Positions 8,788 to 16,120 of a stretch of 32,000 nt of DNA are shown here, one piece after another; position 1 is the stretch's first letter; every line of letters begins with the position of its first letter. The stretch covers positions 690,001 to 722,000 of the forward strand of contig NC_005072.1 of NCBI RefSeq assembly GCF_000011465.1. Reading direction: 5' to 3'. Made by a program: the position numbers and the translations under genes. A model generated the notes under the pieces. That model worked only from the letters and a program-made list of their open reading frames with translations. It was not told the DNA's origin and searched no databases. The DNA comes from Prochlorococcus marinus subsp. pastoris str. CCMP1986 (GTDB lineage Bacteria > Cyanobacteriota > Cyanobacteriia > PCC-6307 > Cyanobiaceae).

Positions 8788-8964
8788 TTAAATGTTTGGA
8801 GAATTAAAAAATCCTTTAGTAAACAAAAATATTATAATTCCAATTATTGGACCAATGCCAAATATAAATAAAATTAATTTGGCTGAATTTTTTGTCTGTC
8901 CTAATTCATTATTAGCCTCTTTTCTTAATTTTTTCGGATTCTTTTTTGATGATTTTTTCTTCAT
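8788..8964 (-). CDS. Small membrane protein, 58 aa: basic N-terminus plus one transmembrane helix. Not in the ORF track.
   Basis: My codon-by-codon translation from ATG 8964..8962 to TAA 8790..8788 gives MKKKSSKKNPKKLRKEANNELGQTKNSAKLILFIFGIGPIIGIIIFLFTKGFFNSPNI. This positive-inside plus TM architecture is more protein-like than the Phe-rich antisense ORF 8792..9022. Confidence 0.45.
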   Translation of the reverse strand: MKKKSSKKNPKKLRKEANNELGQTKNSAKLILFIFGIGPIIGIIIFLFTKGFFNSPNI

Positions 8965-9099
8965 AAAAACTACTTTACAACAAACTAATAACGAAATAAT
9001 AAATAATTTAAGTTTTGATTAATTTCTATTTGTTTGAGATATCTCATTAAAATATAAAAAAATACAATATTGTATAATAATTATTAATTTTCGGTAGAT

Positions 9100-9306
9100 A
9101 TGAGTGCATCTAAAAGAGAGGAAGTTAGTTCCCACCTTAGATATATAAGATTAGAACTTAGAGAGATGCATCAAATGCTTATAAGGGATGATTTATTACC
9201 TGATCTTAGCGAGGCAAAAGAAGTACATGCTCAACTAGATGCTCTTTATGAACTGTTGTCTGACAAAAGAAAAAAGAAGGTCAAGAATGAATTTGAAAAT
9301 TTCTAA
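9100..9306 (+). CDS. Small helical protein, paralog family member A (68 aa)
   Basis: ATG start. TATAAT at 9073..9078 lies about 22 nt upstream. Shares 16/52 ungapped identities (hand alignment) with the ORF at 10574..10750, and the C-terminal ELLxDKRKK with 9336..9521. Confidence 0.6.
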   Translation: MSASKREEVSSHLRYIRLELREMHQMLIRDDLLPDLSEAKEVHAQLDALYELLSDKRKKKVKNEFENF

Positions 9307-9335
9307 TTCTCAAATATTAATTTTTTTGTGAACAA

Positions 9336-9521
9336 TTAAGAGCTGAATTCTATTTTTTTTCTTTTGTCGTGCAACAACTCTAATTTATTATAAATTTCTT
9401 TTATTTGTATTTGTAAGATATCCGTTGAGTCGATGTTACTTAAAGATTCCATCGCTAGTAATAGACTTTCTTTAGCCTCAATTAAATGTCTACATTCTTT
9501 ACTACCTGCTTCGTATGACAT
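9336..9521 (-). CDS. Small helical protein, divergent paralog family member B (61 aa)
   Basis: ATG start. C-terminal LELLHDKRKKI matches YELLSDKRKKK of 9100..9306, and the HL pair at residues 12-13 is also shared. Convergent with member A, with 29 nt between the stops. Confidence 0.5.
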   Translation of the reverse strand: MSYEAGSKECRHLIEAKESLLLAMESLSNIDSTDILQIQIKEIYNKLELLHDKRKKIEFSS

Positions 9522-9664
9522 AATTGTAAAAATTATATTATTATAAATATACTAAGAACAGTTCAGTATTGTGTGATACTTTTATTGGTTTAATGCTTAT
9601 TACTGTCATATTTAATACAAAAATGTAGTCATAACTTATTAAGCTAAAAATAAAAATTTATTCT

Positions 9665-9847
9665 ATGAAAGAAGATTCTAGAGATATTAAATTTTGCATA
9701 AATTTAGCAATTGATAATGCTGAGAAAAGAATTAAATTATTAGAAAAAATGGACCAAAAATGTATTTTGGAAGAATATAAAGAGTGGTTAAAAGAGAGTA
9801 TTGATTATCAATCAATCTTATTACTAAGAGAGGACCCAATTATTTAA
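9665..9847 (+). CDS. Hypothetical small helical protein (60 aa)
   Basis: ATG-initiated ORF in otherwise unassigned sequence. K/E-rich helical composition with no recognisable motif. Confidence 0.4.
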   Translation: MKEDSRDIKFCINLAIDNAEKRIKLLEKMDQKCILEEYKEWLKESIDYQSILLLREDPII

Positions 9848-9874
9848 AGATTAAATTTTGAAAAAAAATTCAAT

Positions 9875-9970
9875 TTAATCTTTTGATTGAGAAGTTATTT
9901 TAAATAAAAAATATAGACTGAGAACAAAAACACTTATAAGTATTATGGTTAAACTTGAAAAGTTATACAT
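9875..9970 (-). CDS. Candidate 31-aa hydrophobic peptide. Not in the ORF track.
   Basis: ATG 9970..9968 to TAA 9877..9875 gives MYNFSSLTIILISVFVLSLYFLFKITSQSKD, a single TM-like segment. It does not match any photosystem or cytochrome b6f small subunit I can recall. Confidence 0.2.
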   Translation of the reverse strand: MYNFSSLTIILISVFVLSLYFLFKITSQSKD

Positions 9971-10174
9971 TTACTAATATCACTATAAAATTATTAATAA
10001 TATTATTTTAACAAATTTTTGATTTGTAATTATTTATTATTAGTTTTCATTTATTAGGAAATTAATAAATTTAGTAAATTCTTTCTTTTCTAAATTAATA
10101 TTTTTGGAGGTTTTTTTTAATTTGTTAAATATGACTTCTAACAAATATTCTTTCTTATTCAGCATAATTTTTAA

Positions 10175-10525
10175 CTATTTTTCTAATAAATAAACTTTTT
10201 CTTCACCTATTTTATCAGGGGTTGTTATTTTACAACCTTTGTCTTTTTCCATATCGCAATCTTTAGTCGCAGGAAATGATTTCCAGGTACATATTTTTTC
10301 TTCTGTATATTGTTTAGAAATAATCCATCCATCATTGAGGAAATCAGAAATGCCATCTTCTCCACAGGAATATCTTACTTCCATTTTGCTTTTTGATAAC
10401 TTTGTTTGCTGACTCTCCTGTTCTTCAGAATCTATTATCAACTCCTGCTTATTAGCTGTTGCTTTGCAAGAAGTTAAAAAAATTAAAAGTAAGAATAATT
10501 GAGTAATCTTAATAGAATTTTTCAT
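10175..10525 (-). CDS. Putative lipoprotein (116 aa), Cys-rich mature part
   Basis: N-terminal signal peptide ending in the lipobox-like LTSC (MKNSIKITQLFLLLIFLTSC). Four further Cys in the mature region. Confidence 0.6.
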   Translation of the reverse strand: MKNSIKITQLFLLLIFLTSCKATANKQELIIDSEEQESQQTKLSKSKMEVRYSCGEDGISDFLNDGWIISKQYTEEKICTWKSFPATKDCDMEKDKGCKITTPDKIGEEKVYLLEK

Positions 10526-10573
10526 TCAATTTCAATTTTTTGGAAAGTATTTATTTATTTTCTAAATTATAGT

Positions 10574-10750
10574 TTATTTTGATTCGATTACTTTCAACAT
10601 TTGATCCATTTTATACATTAGGGTTTTGACTTCATCTGGTTGTGGTAATAATAACTCTTCAGTAACGGTAAGGTGTATTCTTTTTAATTCTTTTCTAAGA
10701 TCCTTTAAATGCATCTTCACATCTTCTTTTTTTTGTCTAATATTAGTCAT
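10574..10750 (-). CDS. Small helical protein, paralog family member C (58 aa). Not in the ORF track.
   Basis: ATG 10750..10748 to TAA 10576..10574 gives MTNIRQKKEDVKMHLKDLRKELKRIHLTVTEELLLPQPDEVKTLMYKMDQMLKVIESK. Ungapped alignment to 9100..9306 shares K-E-V--HL---R-EL---H-------LLP---E-K------D--------K. Confidence 0.55.
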   Translation of the reverse strand: MTNIRQKKEDVKMHLKDLRKELKRIHLTVTEELLLPQPDEVKTLMYKMDQMLKVIESK

Positions 10751-10831
10751 GAAATTAATAATTAATGATTGAAATTGAAATTATGAAATTACATAAGTTT
10801 TTAGTAATTTTATATGGAAAAAATCATTAGA

Positions 10832-11269
10832 TCAATCTTCGAGGTTTTTGATTTCATATATTTCATCGCCCCCATTACAAAAATTAGTTGATAACATTCT
10901 TAATTCGTTTCTTTTTATATTAATTAGATTTTTATTTTTTACAATATAATTTTGGGCATTATTCTCGCAATCTAATCTATTTTTAGAGTATTTAACTAGT
11001 GGATAAATATAAGTTAAACCAGCTAAAAAGAAAAAAAATATAATTATTAACTTTTTCTCATTTTTAAGCATCTCGGTATATTTTTTCTTTGACTTTAATA
11101 CTTTAATAAGCCATTTATCTGGTAATCCAATTTGAACAAATAATAATTCGACCCACCACGGGAGAGATTTATCTTTTTTATTATTTGAATTTGTTGAAGC
11201 TTTTAATTTTTTATTTTCAAAGGTTGGATCTTTTATACCTGGGACCTTTCTTGATTCTTTTTTCTCCAT
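10832..11269 (-). CDS. Hypothetical membrane protein (145 aa)
   Basis: ATG start. Basic N-terminus, an LPWWVELLFVQIGLP segment and a clear TM helix (LIIIFFFFLAGLTYIYPL). Confidence 0.55.
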   Translation of the reverse strand: MEKKESRKVPGIKDPTFENKKLKASTNSNNKKDKSLPWWVELLFVQIGLPDKWLIKVLKSKKKYTEMLKNEKKLIIIFFFFLAGLTYIYPLVKYSKNRLDCENNAQNYIVKNKNLINIKRNELRMLSTNFCNGGDEIYEIKNLED

Positions 11270-11404
11270 ATCATCAAATGTCTTATATGGAATATAGTGG
11301 TTTTATTTTGATTTGAAAACTATATTTTTATTTTTTAAGTTTTAAATTGATTTATACATGATTTTGATTATTGTAAATTTGTAATTTAAATATATAAGTT
11401 CATA

Positions 11405-11674
11405 ATGCCTAAAAAAAGAAGAAAGTTAAATAAAGATTTCGAAAAAAAAATATATACTTCAAAAAAAAATGTAGAATTAGTATTGGCTAAAATTTATGAT
11501 ATTGACGATGAGGATATCCAAAAAGAATATATGAGCGCCTTTAACGATGTTGTTTATTCTTATGATCAATTAACAAAAGACTATGAATTAACTGGATTCA
11601 ATGATAATTCTGACAAATTGATTGCTGACTACAAAAAAGCTTTTTCTCTTTTTGAGTCAGAGTTTGAAATATAA
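11405..11674 (+). CDS. Hypothetical small protein (89 aa), basic N-terminus and acidic body
   Basis: ATG-initiated ORF with no overlap. No recognisable motif. Confidence 0.45.
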   Translation: MPKKRRKLNKDFEKKIYTSKKNVELVLAKIYDIDDEDIQKEYMSAFNDVVYSYDQLTKDYELTGFNDNSDKLIADYKKAFSLFESEFEI

Positions 11675-11681
11675 AATAGAT

Positions 11682-11891
11682 TTATTTATTGAAAGGTATT
11701 ACAGGAATTTCAATTTTATTACCTTGTAATAAATTTAATTTTCTTAATTTTAGTTTTTTTATACAAGTAGATCTTGTTGTTTTCTTTTGACATATTTCTT
11801 TTATTTGATAATTAGAAAGTGAATAAGCACTATTCTCAGATAAAAATAAAATAAAAAAAAAGAAAAGGGTATTGAAAAATAATTTCATCAA
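11682..11891 (-). CDS. Small secreted or membrane-anchored protein (69 aa)
   Basis: N-terminal signal-like hydrophobic segment (MMKLFFNTLFFFFILFLSENSAYS), then a basic part with two Cys. Confidence 0.45.
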   Translation of the reverse strand: MMKLFFNTLFFFFILFLSENSAYSLSNYQIKEICQKKTTRSTCIKKLKLRKLNLLQGNKIEIPVIPFNK

Positions 11892-11932
11892 TTTTTTTTA
11901 TTTTTAAGAAAGTTTAAATCTTGTTTTTAAGA

Positions 11933-12211
11933 TTAACCATAATTACAAAAATCTAAAAGCTTTTTTAATTCATCTTTACTTAAGTCTGTAGAAATAAAAA
12001 CTTCTTGAGCTGTTTTACCCCTTCTTGCAATTGCTTTATAACCGTTTATTGTCTTTACAGATACTCTTATAACTAAATTAGTAGATCTCCCTCTTACTCT
12101 TGATATTATTGCTGGGGTTATAGTTTTAATCCTTATGTTTAAGGCAAGTTTTTTAAGAACTGGAATCAAACCCTCTATGTGAGTACTATGATTTAGAACA
12201 ACTCTTCCCAA
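11933..12211 (-). CDS. Conserved-looking hypothetical protein (92 aa), possibly DUF2103-like. Family assignment is uncertain.
   Basis: GRVVLNHSTHIEGLIPVLKKLA...ITPAIISRVRGRS...IRVSVKT...YKAIARRGKTAQEVFIST resembles a small protein family I recall as widespread in cyanobacteria. The start is TTG at 12211..12209, with no in-frame ATG near the N-terminus. Confidence 0.55.
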   Translation of the reverse strand: MGRVVLNHSTHIEGLIPVLKKLALNIRIKTITPAIISRVRGRSTNLVIRVSVKTINGYKAIARRGKTAQEVFISTDLSKDELKKLLDFCNYG

Positions 12212-12342
12212 GGTGGTTAATCTCTAATATCTTTATTGTATTTAATAGAATTCATTTCTGAGAAATAAATTTTTGTTTGAAAAGGATTGGATTAAAAATT
12301 TTTTTTTGGAAGTTCTGTTATATTGGATTTATTAATTAAATT

Positions 12343-12447
12343 ATGATGATTTTTCAGATAGGTTGGGCTGCTTTAGCAGCAATTTTTACTTTTTCAATTG
12401 CTATGGTTGTTTGGGGCAGAAATGGTGACGGTTCTATTGATATATGA
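12343..12447 (+). CDS. petN: Cytochrome b6-f complex subunit 8 (PetN), 34 aa. Not in the ORF track.
   Basis: ATG 12343 (second ATG at 12346) to TGA 12445..12447 gives [34 protein letters not shown]. This carries the PetN signature (GWAAL..FTFS...VVWGRNG). Confidence 0.85.
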
Positions 12448-12586
12448 TTTTTCATCATTTAACTTTGAGGATTATTTAAGCAAAATTCTTATTTTTGCAT
12501 CTTTTGCTTTACTAAGTCTAATTACTATAGCAGTAATTTATATCTCTTATATTTCTTGGAAAGATAAGAGAAGAATAGAGAAATAA
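12422..12586 (+). CDS. Possible small membrane protein (54 aa from the internal ATG; ORF-track ORF 12398..12586)
   Basis: The ORF-track ORF overlaps petN out of frame. Its C-terminal part has a TM helix followed by a basic tail ([33 protein letters not shown]). The start is unresolved: ATG 12422 still overlaps petN by 26 nt. Confidence 0.3.
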
Positions 12587-12602
12587 TTTTTTTATTTTAA
12601 AA

Positions 12603-13256
12603 CTATTTCTTCTTTTCTTTCTTATCTTTTATTTTTGCTTCTTGAAGTAGTTCTTTCGCTTGTTCCATTTTCAATATACTGCTTTTATAAATTCCAATAT
12701 CCTTTTCTGCTTTATTAAATGATAAATTTAATTTATTAATGATATCTGAAATAATTTTATTTTTTTCAGGATCCTTAATATCCTTAAAATCAGTGGCGTT
12801 AGCTATGATTAAGTAAATACCTAAATTCAATATCCTCGATGAGTATAGATTAGAATCTGATTTTTGTTTTAATAAAATAGATATTTCTTTTAAGGATTTA
12901 TCTTTGTAGACTTCAAGAGTTTTCTTGGAGGCTTCTTTTATTTTTTTAGGTTCAAAATTTGAGGAATTACATAATGATTCAAAAAGTACCCTTAAATGTT
13001 CCTCGGGCTTATAACCTTTCGTTAATTCTTTAAATGTTTCTGTTAGACCAACACAAAATAAATCATCTTGTATAAATTCATTTTGGTGATTTAAAAGATT
13101 TAGTTCAACAAGCATTTCATCAACTATCCTTTTATATAAACCTGGAATTACGTAAGGGAATTGTTCATGAAATAACTTTTTGCTATCCGAGACAGTCAAT
13201 TTTTCTTTCAATTGTTTATATGTAAACCTTAATAACCATAGCGTATGTTGAGTCAA
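12603..13256 (-). CDS. thf1: Thylakoid formation protein Thf1 / Psb29
   Basis: [49 protein letters not shown] matches the conserved Thf1 N-terminal core. All candidate starts are TTG: 13256, 13211 and 13199. Thf1 homologs normally begin just before the TVSD motif, so the true start is probably 13199 or 13211 rather than the maximal ORF shown. Confidence 0.85.
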   Translation of the reverse strand: MTQHTLWLLRFTYKQLKEKLTVSDSKKLFHEQFPYVIPGLYKRIVDEMLVELNLLNHQNEFIQDDLFCVGLTETFKELTKGYKPEEHLRVLFESLCNSSNFEPKKIKEASKKTLEVYKDKSLKEISILLKQKSDSNLYSSRILNLGIYLIIANATDFKDIKDPEKNKIISDIINKLNLSFNKAEKDIGIYKSSILKMEQAKELLQEAKIKDKKEKKK

Positions 13257-13291
13257 TATCGTTAAGATCTAATAAACAGATAAATATTATT

Positions 13292-13882
13292 ATGATCCCT
13301 TTAGTTTTAGAAGAATCTGGCGGAAGTGAAAGAGTATTTGATATTTACTCGAGACTTTTAAGAGAGAGGATTATATTCTTAGGAGAACAAGTAACTAGTG
13401 ATACTGCTAATAGAATTGTTGCTCAATTACTTTTCCTCGAAGCGGAAGATCCTGAGAAAGATATCTACATGTATATTAATTCTCCTGGAGGTTCGGTTTA
13501 TGATGGTTTAGGCATTTTCGATACTATGCAACATGTAAAGCCTGATATACATACTGTTTGTGTTGGTCTCGCTGCTAGTATGGGTGCCTTTTTACTTGCA
13601 GCTGGAACTAAAGGTAAAAGAAGTAGCCTGAGACATTCAAGAATCATGATTCATCAACCTCTTGGAGGTGCAAGAGGTCAAGCCAGTGATATAAGAATTC
13701 AAGCTGATGAGATTTTATATTTAAAAGAACGTTTAAATACTGAGCTATCTGAAAGAACAGGTAAAGAACTTGAAACCATTAAGGGAGATACTGATAGAGA
13801 TTTTTATATGTCTCCACAGGAGGCAGTAGAGTATGGTCTAATAGATTTGGTTTTAGATAAAAAACCCGTTAAAAATATTTAA
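13292..13882 (+). CDS. clpP: ATP-dependent Clp protease proteolytic subunit (catalytically competent ClpP)
   Basis: 196-aa [19 protein letters not shown], catalytic Ser in [11 protein letters not shown], His in IMIHQPLGG, Asp in DTDRDF. Confidence 0.95.
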   Translation: MIPLVLEESGGSERVFDIYSRLLRERIIFLGEQVTSDTANRIVAQLLFLEAEDPEKDIYMYINSPGGSVYDGLGIFDTMQHVKPDIHTVCVGLAASMGAFLLAAGTKGKRSSLRHSRIMIHQPLGGARGQASDIRIQADEILYLKERLNTELSERTGKELETIKGDTDRDFYMSPQEAVEYGLIDLVLDKKPVKNI

Positions 13883-15792
13883 TTAAGTATTTGCGGAGTT
13901 CTTTCTTTTTCAGGAATTTGTGTAAATTTAGAAAGAATTTTTACAAACTCTTCACCATCCAATGTTTCTTTTTCAATTAAAAGATCTACAATCTTATCCA
14001 TTGCCTCTCTGTTTTTACTTATTATTGAGTAGGTTTCTTTATAACAGTCTTTTACCATAACTCTTACACTTTCATCAATTTGTTTAGAGATAGAGTCAGA
14101 AACCTCGCTTCTAGTCATTAAATCTCTTCCTACAAAAACTTCTTGATTACCACCTTCAAGAGCAATTGGGCCAAGTTCACTCATTCCAAATCTTGTAACC
14201 ATTTGTCTAGCCATTGAAGCTACTTGTTGAAAATCTCCTCCAGCTCCAGTTGTTATTTCCCCTTTGCCGAAAACAACATCCTCAGCCGCTCTTCCTCCAA
14301 GAGCACCCATTATTCTTGCCTTCAAATTTGCCCTACTTATAAGAGATTGGTCATCATCAGGAGTAAACCAAGTAAGACCTTTTGCTTGCCCTCTCGGAAT
14401 TACAGTTACTTTCTGAACAGGATCATGAGCTTTTACTAAAGTTCCTATTATTGCATGTCCAACTTCATGATAAGCAATTAATCTTTTGCTTCTTCCATCT
14501 GTTAGTGGAGAACCTTCCATTCCGGCAACTATTCTATCCACTGAATCATCAATTTCTAAAATTCCTATTGACTCTTTTCTTCTTCTTGCTGTTAAGATTG
14601 CGGCTTCATTTAGGAGATTTGCTAAATCAGCTCCGGTAAAACCAGGTGTCCTTCTTGCAATACTTTCTAAAGTCAAATCTTCCTGTAGAGTTTTATTTTT
14701 TGAGTGAACTTCAAGAATCGATAATCTTCCTTTAATATCAGGAGCATCAACTGTAACTTGTCTGTCGAATCTTCCTGGCCTCATTAAGGCTGAATCCAAA
14801 ACATCCGGTCGGTTAGTTGCAGCAATAATAATAATCCCACTATTACCTTCAAATCCATCCATTTCAGTTAAAAGTTGATTTAGAGTTTGCTCTCTTTCGT
14901 CATTTCCACCACCGATACCAGCTCCTCTTTGCCTTCCTACTGCATCAATTTCATCAATAAATATTAAGCATGGACTATTCTCTTTGGCTTTTTTGAAAAG
15001 ATCCCTAACTCTACTAGCACCTACACCAACAAACATTTCTACAAATTCTGACCCTGCAAGCGAGAAGAAGGGAACTCCTGCTTCTCCTGCAATTGCTTTT
15101 GCTAAAAGTGTTTTACCAGTTCCTGGAGGACCTACAAGTAAAACCCCTTTGGGTATACGAGCACCAACAGAAGTAAATTTTTCAGGTTTTTTTAAAAATG
15201 TAACCACCTCTTCTAGATCCTCTTTTGCCTCATTTACTCCTGCGACATCGTCAAATACAACTCCAGTATCAGCATCCATAGCAAATCTAGCTTTTGATTT
15301 CCCAAATTGCATAGCTTGACCTGGTCCGCCAGGCATACCATTTGATCTCCTAGCTAAGAGAATTAAGCCTCCTATCAGAATTGCAGGGAATAAAAGATTA
15401 CCGAGAATACCTAATGCTGGTGGTGTAGTTTTCACAGGGTGAACGTCAAAACTTATTCCTTCATTTTTAAGATTAGTTATTAATTCAGGTGTAAGACCAG
15501 GCAAGTCTACTCTTAATCTTTGTACTTTATTATCCAGATCTGAGTCTATAGTTTCGATAACAGCATTTCTACCTCCATCAAAAATATCAACTGATGTAAC
15601 TCGACCTGAATTAATATAATCTAAAAATCTTCCATAACTAACTCTTGCTACAGCTGAATTTTTGGGGGCTATTGTAGTGCCATTGGATTTTAATGAGTCA
15701 ATATTGCTTGTTGAAAGGAATTGATATGAAAGAGCTATAACTAGGATAATTGGAAGCGCCCATAAAATTATTGTTTTAAGTTTTTGATTCAT
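13879..15792 (-). CDS. ftsH: ATP-dependent zinc metalloprotease FtsH
   Basis: 637-aa ORF. N-terminal TM helix, a second TM, Walker A GPPGTGKT, Walker [13 protein letters not shown] region [18 protein letters not shown], zinc motif HEVGHA. Confidence 0.97.
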   Translation of the reverse strand: MNQKLKTIILWALPIILVIALSYQFLSTSNIDSLKSNGTTIAPKNSAVARVSYGRFLDYINSGRVTSVDIFDGGRNAVIETIDSDLDNKVQRLRVDLPGLTPELITNLKNEGISFDVHPVKTTPPALGILGNLLFPAILIGGLILLARRSNGMPGGPGQAMQFGKSKARFAMDADTGVVFDDVAGVNEAKEDLEEVVTFLKKPEKFTSVGARIPKGVLLVGPPGTGKTLLAKAIAGEAGVPFFSLAGSEFVEMFVGVGASRVRDLFKKAKENSPCLIFIDEIDAVGRQRGAGIGGGNDEREQTLNQLLTEMDGFEGNSGIIIIAATNRPDVLDSALMRPGRFDRQVTVDAPDIKGRLSILEVHSKNKTLQEDLTLESIARRTPGFTGADLANLLNEAAILTARRRKESIGILEIDDSVDRIVAGMEGSPLTDGRSKRLIAYHEVGHAIIGTLVKAHDPVQKVTVIPRGQAKGLTWFTPDDDQSLISRANLKARIMGALGGRAAEDVVFGKGEITTGAGGDFQQVASMARQMVTRFGMSELGPIALEGGNQEVFVGRDLMTRSEVSDSISKQIDESVRVMVKDCYKETYSIISKNREAMDKIVDLLIEKETLDGEEFVKILSKFTQIPEKERTPQILN

Positions 15793-15904
15793 TAATTTAT
15801 TTCATATAAAAATTTGTATAATTCTAGAATGAAACGATGCATTTCGTTGATATTTTTCTTAACTTAATCTTTATAGTAGATTTAGTTTATTTTAAATAAT
15901 TTTA

Positions 15905-16120
15905 ATGGAATTTAATATTCAAGATAAAGTTAAACTAAAAAATCCTTTGTCTTATCTTAAAACCTCTGACAACATGCCTATGCTTAGGCCACCTGATTTA
16001 GTAGCTATTGACGAAGTTGGAGAAATAATAGCTATAAAATCTCCTGATACTGTTGAAATAAAATTTAGAAGAGGATCTTTCTTAATTGATACTGACAAGA
16101 TAGAAAAAACACAAATTTAA
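15905..16120 (+). CDS. Conserved small cyanobacterial/plastid-lineage protein, probably DUF3148-like
   Basis: The 71-aa ORF contains YLKTSDNMPMLRPPDLVAIDEVGEI, which I recall as the conserved core of DUF3148. The family name comes from memory only. Confidence 0.55.
   Translation: MEFNIQDKVKLKNPLSYLKTSDNMPMLRPPDLVAIDEVGEIIAIKSPDTVEIKFRRGSFLIDTDKIEKTQI

Noticed and set aside
8792-9022. 76-aa plus-strand ORF from the ORF track
   Set aside because: Its Phe-rich composition comes from reading Lys codons backwards. The minus-strand 58-aa ORF (8788..8964) has a coherent basic N-terminus plus TM architecture. This is not fully excluded without expression data.
10131-10193. 20-aa plus-strand ORF (MTSNKYSFLFSIIFNYFSNK) preceded by GGAGG at 10106..10110
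   Set aside because: The SD-like motif is about 20 nt from the ATG. The ORF is tiny, overlaps the 3' end of the lipoprotein gene, and has no distinguishing features.
14224-15319. Four plus-strand ORFs (14224..14439, 14382..14639, 14486..14707, 14984..15319) inside ftsH
   Set aside because: All lie antisense to a full-length FtsH with every catalytic motif intact. The region is locally less AT-rich, so antisense frames stay open by chance. The products are low-complexity (S/L/P/F-rich) with no motifs.
15838-15858. Short imperfect hairpin (AACGA-tgcatt-TCGTT) in the ftsH/DUF3148-like divergent spacer
   Set aside because: It has only a 5-bp stem, no flanking T-tract and no evident function. 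It is indistinguishable from chance.
15905-16120. Considered calling the 71-aa protein NdhS (NDH-1 subunit S)
   Set aside because: As I recall it, the NdhS core (an SH3-like PG..V.V.NP pattern) does not match. The YLKT.D.MPMLRPPDL motif fits my memory of DUF3148 better, so it stays a tentative DUF3148-like call.
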